From Mobula hypostoma (Eukaryota): 64,000 bases of DNA. Shown piece after piece: positions 1-12,284 of this stretch; position 1 is the first letter of the stretch, and every line of letters starts with the position of its first letter. A program made the translations under genes and the position numbers. Below the pieces are notes generated by a model. That model saw nothing but the letters and a program-made list of their open reading frames with translations, was not told the DNA's origin and searched no databases. The DNA is taken from the NCBI RefSeq assembly GCF_963921235.1, contig NC_086101.1, positions 10,356,001 through 10,420,000 on the forward strand, given 5' to 3'.

Positions 1-816
1 CCAAGAAGCAGCGTCCCGTCTGTTTGTTCCAGACGTACAAGAGACTGGCCTGGTGGCCAGCCGCCGTAGCCATTAGCGGTGGCTGGCCCTGGTGTTTCTT
101 GGGAAATTGCAGGGCGGGCGACAACGGCGGGCTTCTGTGCCTCGCCGCTGGTGGTAGAAACACCACTGTTCATTGGCCTCCTCACTCCTGCCTCTGGGTT
201 GTGTGCGCTCCGTTGCCGGGTCTGGTCCGGCCTGCTGTTGGGTGTGTGGCTTGGTAATCTGTCCGACGGACACCCTGCGCTCTCTCTTGACTTTCCACAG
301 CACGTCTGCCCGGGCCGCCACCTTCCGGGGGTCACTGAAATCTGCGTCGGCCAGCAGCTGATATATGTCCTCGGGCAGTTGCTCTCAGAACGCCTGCTCA
401 AACATGAGGCAGGGCTTGTGTCCTTCAGCCAGGGCCAGCATCTCGTTCATTAATGCTGATGGCGGCCTGTCTCCCAAACCGTCCAGGTGCAGCAAACGGG
501 CACCTCGCTCACGCCGTGAGAGGCCGAAGGACCCTATGAGTAGTGCTTTGAACACTGCATACTTGCCTTCTTCCGGGGGTGATTGGATGAAATCTCCAAG
601 CTGGGCGGCTGTCTCCTGGTCAAGGGAGCTCACCACGTAATAGTGATGCGTGGAATCAGAAGATATCTGCCGAATCTGGAACTGAGCTTCTGCTTGGTCA
701 AACCAGACGCGTGGTTGCAGCGTCCAGAAAGTTGACAGTTTTAGCGAAACTGTGTGAACAGATGAAGAGTCGATCATCTTTGGTCCAAATCCCGTTTGGA
801 CTGTTGGGGTCACCAA
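1..816 (-). mobile_element. Gypsy LTR retrotransposon, 5' internal region: PBS and frameshifted gag (DUF7041-like); continues past the window start
   Basis: ORF 385..816 (SLKLSTFWTLQPRVWFDQAEAQF...LGDRPPSALMNEM) is typical of this gag class. ORF 73..321 ends in WCFYHQRRGTEARRCRPPCNF, a Cys/His knuckle. PBS-like TGGTGACCCC on the minus strand at 806-815 directly follows the LTR. Confidence 0.85.
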
Positions 817-1101
817 CGTAGCGATGTGCTACACAGAGCGAGATATAACAACACGCAGTCTGTAAGTCGCACTCGAGACTTCTTTATTCAAACTTCGCGG
901 CACTGGCTTTTACGCAGTTCTGTTCCCGCCCTCTCCAGGCGGAAATGACATCAGGGGTGCATTACAAAAGTCCCTTCCCGCGCACGGGCTTTCTCCCCTT
1001 GCTGGTGAAGAAGACCCAGCGCCGTTTTGGGGCTGGCTTGTCTGCCGACGCGCGCACCATTTTGTGAACCGGTTCGCCTGCGTAGAAAGTGGGTCGCCAC
1101 A
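817..1101 (-). repeat. 5' LTR of the Gypsy element (~285 bp)
   Basis: Minus strand starts TGTGGCGA at 1101 and ends TCGCTACG at 817, an imperfect terminal inverted repeat. It contains AATAAA (tttatt near 883) and abuts the PBS. Confidence 0.75.
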
Positions 1102-1403
1102 GTATATATATTCTTTTTATTTTTTATTACAAACAAACAAAAAAAAACAAAAAACCACAAAAACCATGACCTTAACAAAATCAAATTAAATATTGAGCTG
1201 CAAAAGGGAGAAAAATATAAACACAACAGTAAACATACACAGCAGAGGTGCACCGCATCAAAAAACCTCAGTCCTCACCCCGTAAGAAAGTCCCATACAG
1301 GGCCCCATATCCTTTCAAAGATGTCCCCTCTGTCCTCATTACATAGTCTCAGTCTCTCCAAAAGTAAAGTATTTGCCAGTTCTCTCAGCCACATTTCATA
1401 CCA

Positions 1404-4300
1404 TGTGTCTATTTTAACGCAAGGAGTGTTATGAACGAAGCGTGGATCAGTACTTGGAGATACGATATGGCCATTACAGAGACTTGGATGGCTCAGGGAC
1501 AGGAATGGTTACTTCAAGTGCTGGGTTTTAGATGTTTCGGAAAGGACAGGGAGGAAGGCAAAAGAGGTGGGGGCGCGGCACTGTTGATCAGAGATAGTGT
1601 CACGGCTGCAGAAAAGGTGACATCATGGAGAGATTGTCTACGGATTCTCTGTGGGTGGATATTAGGAACAGTAAGGGGTCAATAACTTTACTGTGTGTTT
1701 TTTATAGGTCGCCCAACAGTAACAGGGATATCGAGGAGCAGATAGCGAAACAGATCCTGGAAAGGTGTAATAATAACAGAGTTGTCTTGATGAGAGATTT
1801 TAATTTCCCAAATATCAGTTGGCATCTCCCTAGAGCAAGGGGTTTAGATGGGGTGGAGTTTGTTAGGTGTGTTCAGGAAGGTTTCTTGACACATTATGTA
1901 GATAATCCTACAAGAGGAGAGGCTGTACTTGATTTGGTATTGGGAAATTAACCTGGTCAGGTGTCAGATCTCTCAGTGGGAGAGCATTTTGGAGATAGTG
2001 ATCACAATTCTGTCTCCTTTAGAATAGCATTGGAGAGAGATAGGAACAGACAAGTTAGAAAAGCGTTTAATTGGAGTAAGGGGAATTATGAGGCTATCAG
2101 GCAGGAAATTGGAGGGTTAAATTGGAAACAGATGTTCTCGGAAAAGTACAGAAGAAAAGTGTCAAATGTTCAGGGGATATTTGTGTAGAGTTCTGCATAG
2201 GTACGTTCCAATGACAGGGAATATATGGTAGGGTACAGGAACCGTGGTGTACAAAGGCTGTAATGAATCAGTCAAGAAGAAAAGAAAAGGTTACAAAAAC
2301 TGAGAGAGCTAGATAATGTTAGAGATCTAGAGGATTATAAGGTGAACAGGAAGGAGCTTAAGAAGGAAATTAAGAGATCCAGAAGGGGCCATGAGAACAC
2401 CTTGGCGGGCAGGATTAAGGAAAACCCCAAGGCACTCTGCAAGTATGTGAAGAGCAAAAGGATAAGACATGAAAGAATAGGTCCTATCAAGTGTGATAGT
2501 GGGAAAGTGTGTATGGAACTGGAGGAGATATCAGAGATACTTAATGAATACTTTACTTAAGTGGTGGTGGCATCCATTAGTCTCGCAAGACCATGGATCT
2601 GCGCCTGGAAAGTCTAGCTTGAGTACTCACTACGGAAAAGGATCTTGTTGATTGTAGCAATTGACTTGCAGCAGGCTGAAAAGCTTGAGCATGTAGATAT
2701 TAAGAAAGAGGATGTGCTGGAGGTTTTGGAAAGCATCAAGTTGGATAAGTCGCCGGGATCAGATAAGATGCACCCCAGGCTACTGTGGGAGGTGAGGGAG
2801 GAGATTGCTGAGCCTCTGGAGATGATCTTTGCATCATCAATGGGGACGACAGAGGTTCTGGAGTATTGGAGGGTTGCAGATGTTGTTCCTTTATTCAAGA
2901 AAGGGAGTAGAGATAGCCCAGGAATTTATAGACTAGTGAGTCTTACCTCAGTGGTTGGTAAGTTGATGGAGATGATCCTGAGAAGCAGGATTTATGAAGA
3001 TTAGGAGAGATATAATATGATTAGGAATAGTCAGCATGGATTTGTCAAAGGCAGGTCGTGCCTTACGAGCCTTATTGAATTTTTTGAGGATGTGACTAAA
3101 CACATTGATGAAGGAAGAGCAGTAGAATTAATGTATATGGATTTCAGCAAGACATTTGATAATATACCCCATGCAAGGCTTATTGAGAAAGTAAGGAGGC
3201 ATGGGATCCAAGGAGACATTGCTTTGTGGATCCAGAACTGGCTTGCCCACCAAAGGCAGAGAGTGGTTGTAGACTGGTCATATTCTACATGGAGATCAGC
3301 GAACAGTGGTGTGCTTCAGGGATCTGTTCTGGGACCCCTACTCTTTGTGATTTTTATAAATGACCTGGATGAGGAAGTGGAGGGATGGGTTAGTAAGTTT
3401 GCTGATGACACAAAGGTTGGAGGTGTTGTGGATAGTGTGGAGGGCTGCGAAAGGTTACAGCGGGACATTGATAGGATGCGAAACTGGGCTGAGAAGTGGC
3501 AGATGAAGTTCAACCCAGATAAGTGTGAAATGGTTCATTTTGGTAGGTCAAGTATGATGGCAGAATATAGTATTAATGGTAAGACTCTTGGCAGTCTGGA
3601 GGATCAGATGGATCTTGGGGTCCGAGTCCACAGGACACTCAAAGCAGCTGCGCAGGTTGACTCTGGATTTAAGAAGGCATACAGTGTATTGGCCTTCATC
3701 AATCGTGGAATTGAATTTAGGAACCGAGAGGTAACGTTGCAGCTATATAGGAACTGGTCAGACCCCATTTGGAGTACTGTGCTCAGTTCTGGTCGCCTCA
3801 CTACAGGAAGAATGTGGAAGCCATAGAAATGGTGCAGAGGAGATTTACAAGGATGTTGCCTGGATTGGGGAGCATGCCTCATGAAAACAGGTTGAGTGAA
3901 CTCCGCCTTTTTTCTTTGGAGAGATGAAAGATGAGAGGTGACCTGATAGAGTTGTATAAGATGATGAGAGGCATTGATTGTGTAGATAGTCAGCAGCTTT
4001 TCCCCAGGGCTGAAATGGCTGCCACAAGAGGACACAGGTTTAAGGTGCTGTGGAGTAGGTACAGAGGCGATGTCAGGGGTAGGATTTTTACTCAGAGAGT
4101 GGTGAGTACATGGAATGGGCTGCTGGCAACTGTGGTGGAGGCGGATACAATAGGGTCTTTTTTAGAGACTTTTGGATAGGTACATGGAGTTTAGAAAAAT
4201 AGAGGGCTTTGGGTAAGCCTAGTAATTTCTAAGGTAGGGACATGTTCGGCACAACTTTATGGGCTGAAGGGCCTGTATTGTGCTGTAGGTTTTCTATGTC
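1404..4300 (+). mobile_element. CR1 LINE ORF2 (APE endonuclease + RT), degenerate, 5'-truncated, with 3' tail
   Basis: [52 protein letters not shown] and KFADDTK motifs across stop/frameshift-broken ORFs; CR1 3' end gggctgaagggcctgt...ttctatgt. Confidence 0.95.
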
Positions 4301-4329
4301 TTTGTTTCTCTCTTTTTCTAAATTGACCT

Positions 4330-4650
4330 GGCATGAAAGTTAGTACAACACTGAACACTGGGCCGTCTGTGTCACTCGGGCCAGAGCACATACACAAGGA
4401 GAGGCTGACCTCTTGTCTCTTGCAGCCAACATGCATTCACTACTTGTCATCTATGGGCCCAGATTTCCTGTTGTGGAGGAGTTTCATTTCCTGTGAAGTG
4501 AAGTGCAGAGACAGGAAATGGATGTTGTGCCTCGTGGGAGTTAAGGGGCAGCCTTGTATCACAGGGCAAAACTGGGTTAACAAGTTCACAGTAAACTCAG
4601 AAAAGGTATTTAGCTTAGAAAGGAAGGAAGGTGTTTGACACCCCCCCCCC

Positions 4651-4684
<34 letters not shown>

Positions 4685-4915
4685 AAATTAAAAGGATTTC
4701 ATTGTGAAGATCCATGTGGAAGTACAAGCTGCTCACACCTTCCACAAGACCCAAACTCTTCTCCAGATCTCAAAAGAAGCAGTTGTGCATGAACTGGGCT
4801 GTCTGAAGAGACATGGTATTCTGTCCCAAGCTGAGCTGTGATTGGGTCGTTCCTGTTTGCAGTCATTCAAAAGCAGGGTGAAACAGTGATGCTGTGGGAC
4901 TAAATTGCTACATGG
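4330..4915 (+). mobile_element. Ancient decayed Gypsy pol fragment (protease and RT start); resumes at ~8210-8430
   Basis: TLNTGPSVSL resembles the LDTGAxVSL protease motif and GQPCITGQNW resembles GPxLLGRDW. FHKTQTL...KEAVVHELGCLKRHGIL...DWVVP resembles the RT N-terminus. Confidence 0.6.
4640..4678. repeat. poly-C followed by (CA)n microsatellite
   Basis: Read directly from sequence. Confidence 0.95.
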
Positions 4916-7900
4916 AACTTGTCCTCAATCTAAATAATTTCTGCTTTGGATCCTCCCGCTTCCTTCAAACAAAAGGGGTTGCCATGGGCATTCCCATGGA
5001 TCGCAGCCATGCCTGCCTGTTTGTCGGCTACGTGGAAGAGTCTATGTTGCAGTCCTACACTAGTGACCGTCCCGCACTTTTCCTGTGCTACCTCAACGAC
5101 TGTATTGGTGCTGCTTCCTATACCCGTACTGAACTCGTCAATTTCATCCACTTTGCTTCCAACTTCCACCCAGCCCTCAAATTCACCTGGTCCATTTCTG
5201 ACACTTCCCTTCCTTTTCTCGATCTCACTGTCTATATCTCCAGAGACAGCTCATCCACCGATATCTATTATAAACCAACAGACTCTCACAGCTACCTGGA
5301 CTACACCTCCTCCCAGCCTGCTACTTGTAAAAATGCCATTCCTTTCTCTGAACTCCTCTGTCTCCACCACATCTGCTCTCACGATGACGCTTTTCATTCT
5401 AGAATGAAGAAGATGTTCTACTTTTTCAAAGAAAGGGGATTCCCTTCATCAACCATCAACGTTGCCCTCAATCACATCTCTTCAATTTTATGCACGTCTC
5501 TCTTACCCCATCCTCCCACCACACAACTAGGGATAGGGTTTCTCTTGTCCTCACCTACCACCCCACCAGCTTCCATATCCAGCACATAATTCTCCAAAAC
5601 TTCCACCATGTCCAACTGGATCCCACGACCAAACACATCTTTCCCTCAGCCGACTTTCTGCTTTCCACAGGGATTGCTCCCACATGACTCATAGTCATAG
5701 TCATAGTCATACTTTATTAATTCTGGGGGAAATTGGTTTTCGTTACAGTTGCTCCATAAATAATAAATAGTAATAGAACCATAAATAGTTAAATAGTAGT
5801 ATGTAAATTATGTCAGTAAATTACGAAATAAGTCCAGGACCAGCCTATTGGCTCAGGATGTCTGACCCTCCAAGGGAGGAGTTGTAAAGTTTGATGGCCA
5901 CAGGCAGGAATGACTTCCTATGACGCTCTGTGCTGCATCTCAGTGGAATGAGTCTCTGGCTGAATGTACTCCTATGCCTACCCAGTACATTATGTAGTGG
6001 ATGGGAGACATTGACCAAGATGGCATGCAACTTAGACAGCATCCTCTTTTCAGACACCACCGCCAGAGAGTCCAGTTCCATCCCCACAACATCACTGGCC
6101 TTACGAATGAGTTTGTTGATTCTGTTGGTGTCTGCTACCCTCAGCCTGCTGCCCCAGCACACAACAACAAACATGATGGCACTGGCCACCACAGACTCAT
6201 AGAACATCCTCAGCATCGTCTGGCAGATGTTAAAGGACCCCAATCTCCTCAGGAAATAGAGACGGCTCTGACCCTTCTTGTAGACAGCCTCAGTGTTCTT
6301 TGACCAGTCCAGTTTATTGTCAATTCGTATCCCCAGGTATTTGTAATCCTCCACCATGTCCACACTGACCCCCTGGATGGAGACAGGGGTCATCGGTACC
6401 TTAGCTCTCCTCAAGTCTACCACCAGCTCCTTAGTCTTTTTCACATTAAGCTGCAGATAATTCTGCTCACACCATGTGACAAAGTTTCCTACTGTAGCCC
6501 TGTACTCAGCCTCATCTCACTTGCTGATGCATCCAACTATGGCAGAGTCATCAGGAAACTTCTGAAGATGGCAAGACTCTGTGGAGTAGTTGAAGTCCGA
6601 GGTGTAAATGGTGAAGAGAAAGGGAGACAAGACAGTCCCCTGTGGAGCCCCAGTGCTGCTGATCACTCTGTCGGACACACACTGTTGCAAGCACACGTAC
6701 TATGGTCTGCCAGTCTGGTAATCAAGAATCCATGATACCAGGGAAGCATCCACCTGCACCGCTGTCAGCTTCTCCCCCAGCAGAGCAGGGCGGATAGTGT
6801 TGAACGCACTGGAGAAGTCAAAAAACATGACCCTCACAGTGCTCGCTGGCTTGTCCAGGTGGGTGTAGACACGGTTCAGCAGGAAGACAATGGCATCCTC
6901 AACTCCTAGTCGGGGCTGGTAGGCAAACTGGAGGGGATTTAAGTGTGGCCTGACCATAGGCCGGAGCAGCTCCAAAACAAGTCTCTCCAAGGTCTTCATG
7001 ATGTGGGAGGTCAATGCCATCGGTCTGTAGTCATTGAGGCCGCTGGGGTGTGGCGTCTTCGGCACAGAGACAAGGCAGGATGCCTTCCACAATACAGGAA
7101 CCCTCCGGAGCAGCAGGCTCAGGTTGAATACATGGCGAAGTACTCCACATAACTGAGGGGCACAGGCTTTGAGCACCCTGGTACTGACACCATCTGGTCC
7201 TGCAGCCTTGCTTGGTTTAAGACATTTCAGCTGCCTTCTCACCTGTAGAGCTGTGAAGCCCACTGTGGTGGTTTCGTGTGGGGAAGGGGTATAGTCATGA
7301 GAGCAGGGTGGGGGACTGTGAGGAGGGGTAGGAGGGGAGAGTGGAATATGTGTTGATTGGGGGCTGGCAACAGATGGCTCGTGTGGGATGGGCAGGCGTC
7401 CCTCCCCACTGAGCTCCCTTCTGTCACTTTTCCTTTTGAGTGGAACAAGTGCCTCTCCAACCCCTACACCTCCTCCCTCACTACCACTCAGGGCTCCAAA
7501 CAGTCCTTCGAGGTGAGGCGACACTTCACCTGTTAGTCTGTTGGGGACATATACTGTGTTGGGTGCTCCAAGAGTGACCTCTTGTATATCGGTGAGATCT
7601 GACGTAGATTGGGAGACTGCTTCGCTGAGCACCTATGCTCCGTCTGCCAGAACAAGCAGGATCTCGCAGTGGCCACCCATTTTAATTCCACCTCCCATTC
7701 CTATACCAATATGTCCATCCATGGCCTCCTCCACTGTCGTGATGAGGCCACACTTAGGTTGGAGGAGCAACACCTTGGGTAGCCTCCAACCTGATGGCAT
7801 GAACATCGATTTCTCCAACTTCCAGTAATGCCTCCACTACCTCCCCCCCCCCTTCACCATTTCCCATCCCCTTGTCACTCTCTCTTGTTATCTCCTTGCC

Positions 7901-8205
7901 CGCCTCCCTCTGGTGCTCTTCCCCACCCTTTCTTCTTTCTTCCATGGTCTTCTGTGTCTTTCACCAATCAGCTTCCTAGCTTTTACATCATTTGTCCCTC
8001 TCCAAGTTCACGTATCACCTGGCATTTCTCTCTCCCCCTCCCCCCACCTTTCAAGTCTAGTCCTCAGCTTTTTTCTCAGTTCTGCCGAAGGGTTTCGGCC
8101 CAAATGTTGACTCTACTTTCTTCCATAGATGCTGCCTAGCCTGTTGAGTTCCTCCAGCATTTGGTGTGTGTTACTTGGATTTGCATCTGCAGATTTTATT
8201 TTGTT
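4915..8205 (+). mobile_element. Penelope-like element (RT + GIY-YIG + terminal repeat), split by a Rex1/Babar insertion at ~5690-7394
   Basis: ELVLNLNNF...QTKGVAMG...IYYKPTDSHSYLDYTSS RT motifs. The sequence resumes near 7395 with a LYIGE-RRLGDCFAEH GIY-YIG-like segment and ends in the gaaggg..ggccc...gatgctgcc...ctccagcat terminal repeat. Confidence 0.85.
5690..7394 (-). mobile_element. Rex1/Babar-type LINE, 5'-truncated
   Basis: KAAGPDGV, NDYRPMALTSHIMKTLERL, PLQFAYQ, MFFDFSSAFNTI, KTKELVVD and YKYLGIRIDNKLDW motifs; 3' end AATAAA followed by (ACTATG)n. Confidence 0.9.
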
Positions 8206-8812
8206 TGTGCTGTTATCAAAGTACCACCTTCAGCTGATGCAGCCAAACCCAGGTCATTCTTGAGTTTTTTGAATTATTAGATGTTTCATCATCAACGTGT
8301 CAACCTTCATGTAACCATTTCAGGAGTCAACCTGACCAGAGGCAGATAGAATTGATCTCCTGCATTGCTGATAAGCATTAACTTTTACAGGTGACTGGTA
8401 CAATGCAGTTTAGAGACGTGTTGCTGAGGCCGTATAAATGCAGATTGCTCATCTGCTGTGTAAAATCAGCCAGGAAGAATCAGATTCAGATTCGCCTAAT
8501 TATCACTTATACATCTGTGATGAAAGATTTAAATGTGATTCCTCCTTGAGTATATGTTAATATGTGTATCATAAATAAGACAAAATGGTGTTAGCCTGGG
8601 ATGTGAGGATGTGTTGGAAAGTACAAAGGAAACAGCTCACAGCCATGTTCCACGAACTTTGTGTGAGTACCAGTGCATTGTCTTGAGAGCAGAAAATGGT
8701 GAGAGACACATTTGTCTGGGAAAGTACGAGGGAAAATGTTGTGATAGATGTTTGAAGGGATCTGAAAGGATATAAAAAAACAAACGGGAACTTTCTCTCA
8801 GGCTAGGCCATG

Positions 8813-10940
8813 ACATAGAAACATAGAAAATAGGTGCAGGAGTAGGCCATTCGGCCCTTCGAGCCTGCACCGCCATTTATTATGATCATGGCTGATCATC
8901 CAACTCAGAACCCCGCCCCAGCCCCAGCCTTCCCTCCATACCCCCTGACCCCCGTAGCCACAAGGGCCATATCTAACTCCCTCTTAAATATAGCCAATGA
9001 ACTGGCCTCAACTGTTTCCTGTGGCAGAGAATTCCACAGATTCACCACTCTCTGTGTGAAGAAGTTTTTCCTAATCTCGGTCCTAAAAGGCTTCCCCTCT
9101 ATCCTCAAACTGTGGCCCCTCGTTCTGGACTTCCCCAACATCGGGAACAATCTTCCTGCATCTAGCCTGTCCAATCCCTTTAGGATCTTATACGTTTCAA
9201 TCAGATTCCCCCCTCAATCTTCTAAATTCCAACGAGTACAAGCCCAGTTCATCCAGTCTTTCTTCATATGGAAGTCCTGCCATCCCAGGAATCAATCTGG
9301 TGAACCTTCTTTGTACTCCCTCTATGGCAAGGATGTCTTTCCTCAGATTAGGGGACCAAAACTGCACACAATACTCCAGGTGTGGTCTCACCAAGGCCTT
9401 GTACAACTGCAGTAGTACCTCCCTGCTCCTGTACTCGAATCCTCTCGCTATAAATGCCAGCATACCATTTGCCTTTTTCACCGCCTGCTGTACCTGCATG
9501 CCCACTTTCAATGACTGGTGTATAATGACACCCAGGTCTCATTGCACCTCCCCTTTTCCTAATCGGCCACCATTCAGATAATAATCTGTTTTCCTATTTT
9601 TGCCACCAAAGTGGATAACTTCACATTTATCCACATTAAATTGCATCTGCCATGAATTTGCCCACTCACCCAACCTATCCAAGTCACCCTGCATCCTCTT
9701 AGCATCCTCCTCTCAGCTAACACTGCCACCCAGCTTCGTGTCATCCGCAAACTTGGAGATGCTGCATTTAATTCCCTCATCCAAGTCATTAATATATATT
9801 GTAACCAACTGGGGTCCCAGCACTGAGCCTTGCGGTACCCCACTAGTCACCGCCTGCCATTCTGAAAAGGTCCCGTTTATTCCCACTCTTTGCTTCCTGT
9901 CTGCTAACCAATTCTCCACCCACACCAATACCTTACCCTCAATACCGTGTGCTTTAAGTTTGCACACTAATCTCCTGTGTGGGACCTTGTCAAAAGCCTT
10001 TTGAAAATCCAAATATACCACATCCACTGGTTCTCCCCTATCCACTCTACTAGTTACATCCTCAAAAAATTCTATGAGATTCGTCAGACATGATTTTCCT
10101 TTCACAAATCCATGCTGACTTTGTCCGATCATTTCACCGCTTTCCAAATGTGCAGTTATCACATCCTTGATAACTGACTCCAGCAGTTTCCCCACCACCG
10201 ACGTTAGGCTAACCGGTCTATAATTCCCCGGTTTCTCTCTCCCTCCTTTTTTAACAAGTGGAGTTACATTAGCCACCCTCCAATCCTCAGGAACTAGTCC
10301 AGAATCTAACGAGTTTTGAAAAATTATCACTAATGCATCCACTATTTCTTGGGCTACTTCCTTAAGCACTCTAGGATGCAGACCTGGGGATTTATCTGCC
10401 TTCAATCCCTTCAATTTACCTAACACCACTTCCCTACTAACATGTATTTCGCTCAGTTCCTCCATCTCACTGGACCCTCTGTCCCCTACTATTTCTGGAA
10501 GATTATTTATGTCCTCCTTAGTGAAGACAGAACCAAAGTAATTATTCAATTGGTCTGCCATGTCCTTGCTCCCCATAATCAATTCACCTGTTTCTGTCTG
10601 CAGGGGACCTACATTTGTCTTTACCAGTCTTTTCCTTTTTACATATCTATAAAAGCTTTTACAGTCAGTTTTTATGTTCCCTGCCAGTTTTCTCTCATAA
10701 TCTTTTTTCCCCTTCCTAATTAAGCCCTTTGTCCTCCTCTGCTGAACTCTGAATTTCTCCCAGTCCTCAGGTGAGCCACTTTCTCTGGCTAATTTGTATG
10801 CTTCTTCTTTGGAATTGATACTATCCCTGATTTCTCTTGTCAGCCACGGGTGCACTACCTTCCTTGATTTCTTCTTTTGCCAAACTGGGATGAACAATTG
10901 TTGTAGTTCATCCATGCAACCTTTAAATGCTTGCCATTGC
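8813..10940 (-). mobile_element. CR1 LINE, young family, 5'-truncated
   Basis: 400-aa open ORF2 segment 9713..10915 plus C-terminal fragments; (TTTCTATG)n tail at 8813-8830. Confidence 0.95.
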
Positions 10941-11519
10941 TAAGTCTTGGGGATAGAGACAAGGACAGAGATAGAGCGAAGGAAAGAGAGGCGGAGACTG
11001 AGGGAAAGCTGTCGAGCATCTTTGGATCCCTCTGACAGTGTGTTGTGAAGCATGGTTTAGTGATTGGTTGATGAGTATTACTTTGTCACTTGTACCGCTT
11101 TATTAACCATTATTTCTTTCTGTATTTTATTCTTCATAAGACTCAAAGTAATTTTCTCCTATCTTTAACATGTGTACAGTACCTCCTCTGATACCTCCCG
11201 CTGCTGATTCAGAAAAGAGCAACAAACAAATATTAAAATGTTTTCATTGCACAGTTGACATCATCAGCAGGACTCTGCATAACGGGGGCTACCTTTCACA
11301 AACCACAGGATGGACCACAGGTGGGGTGCGGTCTGGGGTACCAGGTGTATGGACAACACCCAAGGTTTCAGAGCAGTGGCAATGTATTGTCCATGTGTTA
11401 CCCTCCACGTGCCAGAGAAGTGAGATGGAAAGCAGGAGTAGTTACGTCCAGGCTATGGAGCCACTCTGTTAAATAACTTAGAGCTTCCCAATCCGGGGGA
11501 GAGTAAGGTTATGACCTGA

Positions 11520-12210
11520 ACTGAATTCAATCGAATTGAGTTGACTTCATTTCTTACATCCTTCACATACATGAGGAGTAAAAATCTTTACATTACGTCT
11601 CCATCAAAATGTGCAATTATAGTAATTTATAATAATCAATAATAACTAGAACAGTCAGTACACTCAAATCAGCGTGAGTTCATCAGTCTGATGGCCTGGT
11701 GGAAGAAGCTGTCCTGGAGCCTGTTGGTCCTGGCTTATATGCTGTGGTACCACTTCCCGGATGCTAGCAGCTGGAATAGATTGTGGTTGGGATAACATGG
11801 GTCCCCAATGATCTTACAGGCCCTTTTTCCACACCTGTCCTTGTAAATGACCTGAATCATGGGAAGTTCACAACGACAGATGTGCTGGGCTGTCCGCACC
11901 ACTCTCTGCAGAGTCCTGTGATTAAGGGAGATGCAGCCGGTCAGGATGCTCTCAACTGTGTCCCTGTAGAAAGTTCTTAGGATTTGGGGGCCCATACCAA
12001 ACTTCCTCAACTGTCTGAGGTGAAAGAGGTGCTGTTGTGCCTTTTTCACCACACAGCTGATGTGTGCAGACCACGTGAGGTCCTCAGTAATGTGGAAGCA
12101 AAGGAACATGAAGCTGTTTACCCTCTGAACCCTAGATCCATTGGCGTCAATAGGGGTTAACCCATCTCTATTCCTCCTGTAATCCACAATCAGCTCCTTT
12201 GTTTTTCCTG
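11520..12210 (-). mobile_element. Rex1/Babar-type LINE 3' fragment
   Basis: HITEDLTWS...KKAQQHLFHLRQLRKF...FYRDTVESILTGCI motifs. Confidence 0.8.
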
Positions 12211-12284
12211 AAAGGTCACGCTATGGAAAAAGACATATGACATGTTGGGCAACAGATCAAGTTCAGGCAGCATGCCTGAAGGAT

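Noticed and set aside
6700..7632. 310-aa ORF as a novel fusion protein
   Set aside because: Antisense Penelope sequence running by chance into the Rex1 RT frame.
9600..10004. Recurrent antisense ORFs (MPPKWITSHLSTL..., also 36712..37116, 43897..44301, 37894..38670)
   Set aside because: They are the reverse-strand shadow of CR1 ORF2; their apparent conservation just reflects repeat copies.
8516..11170. Possible solo LTR split by the CR1 at 8813-10940
   Set aside because: TG...CA-like ends are present but I found no TSD, PBS or second copy to support the call.
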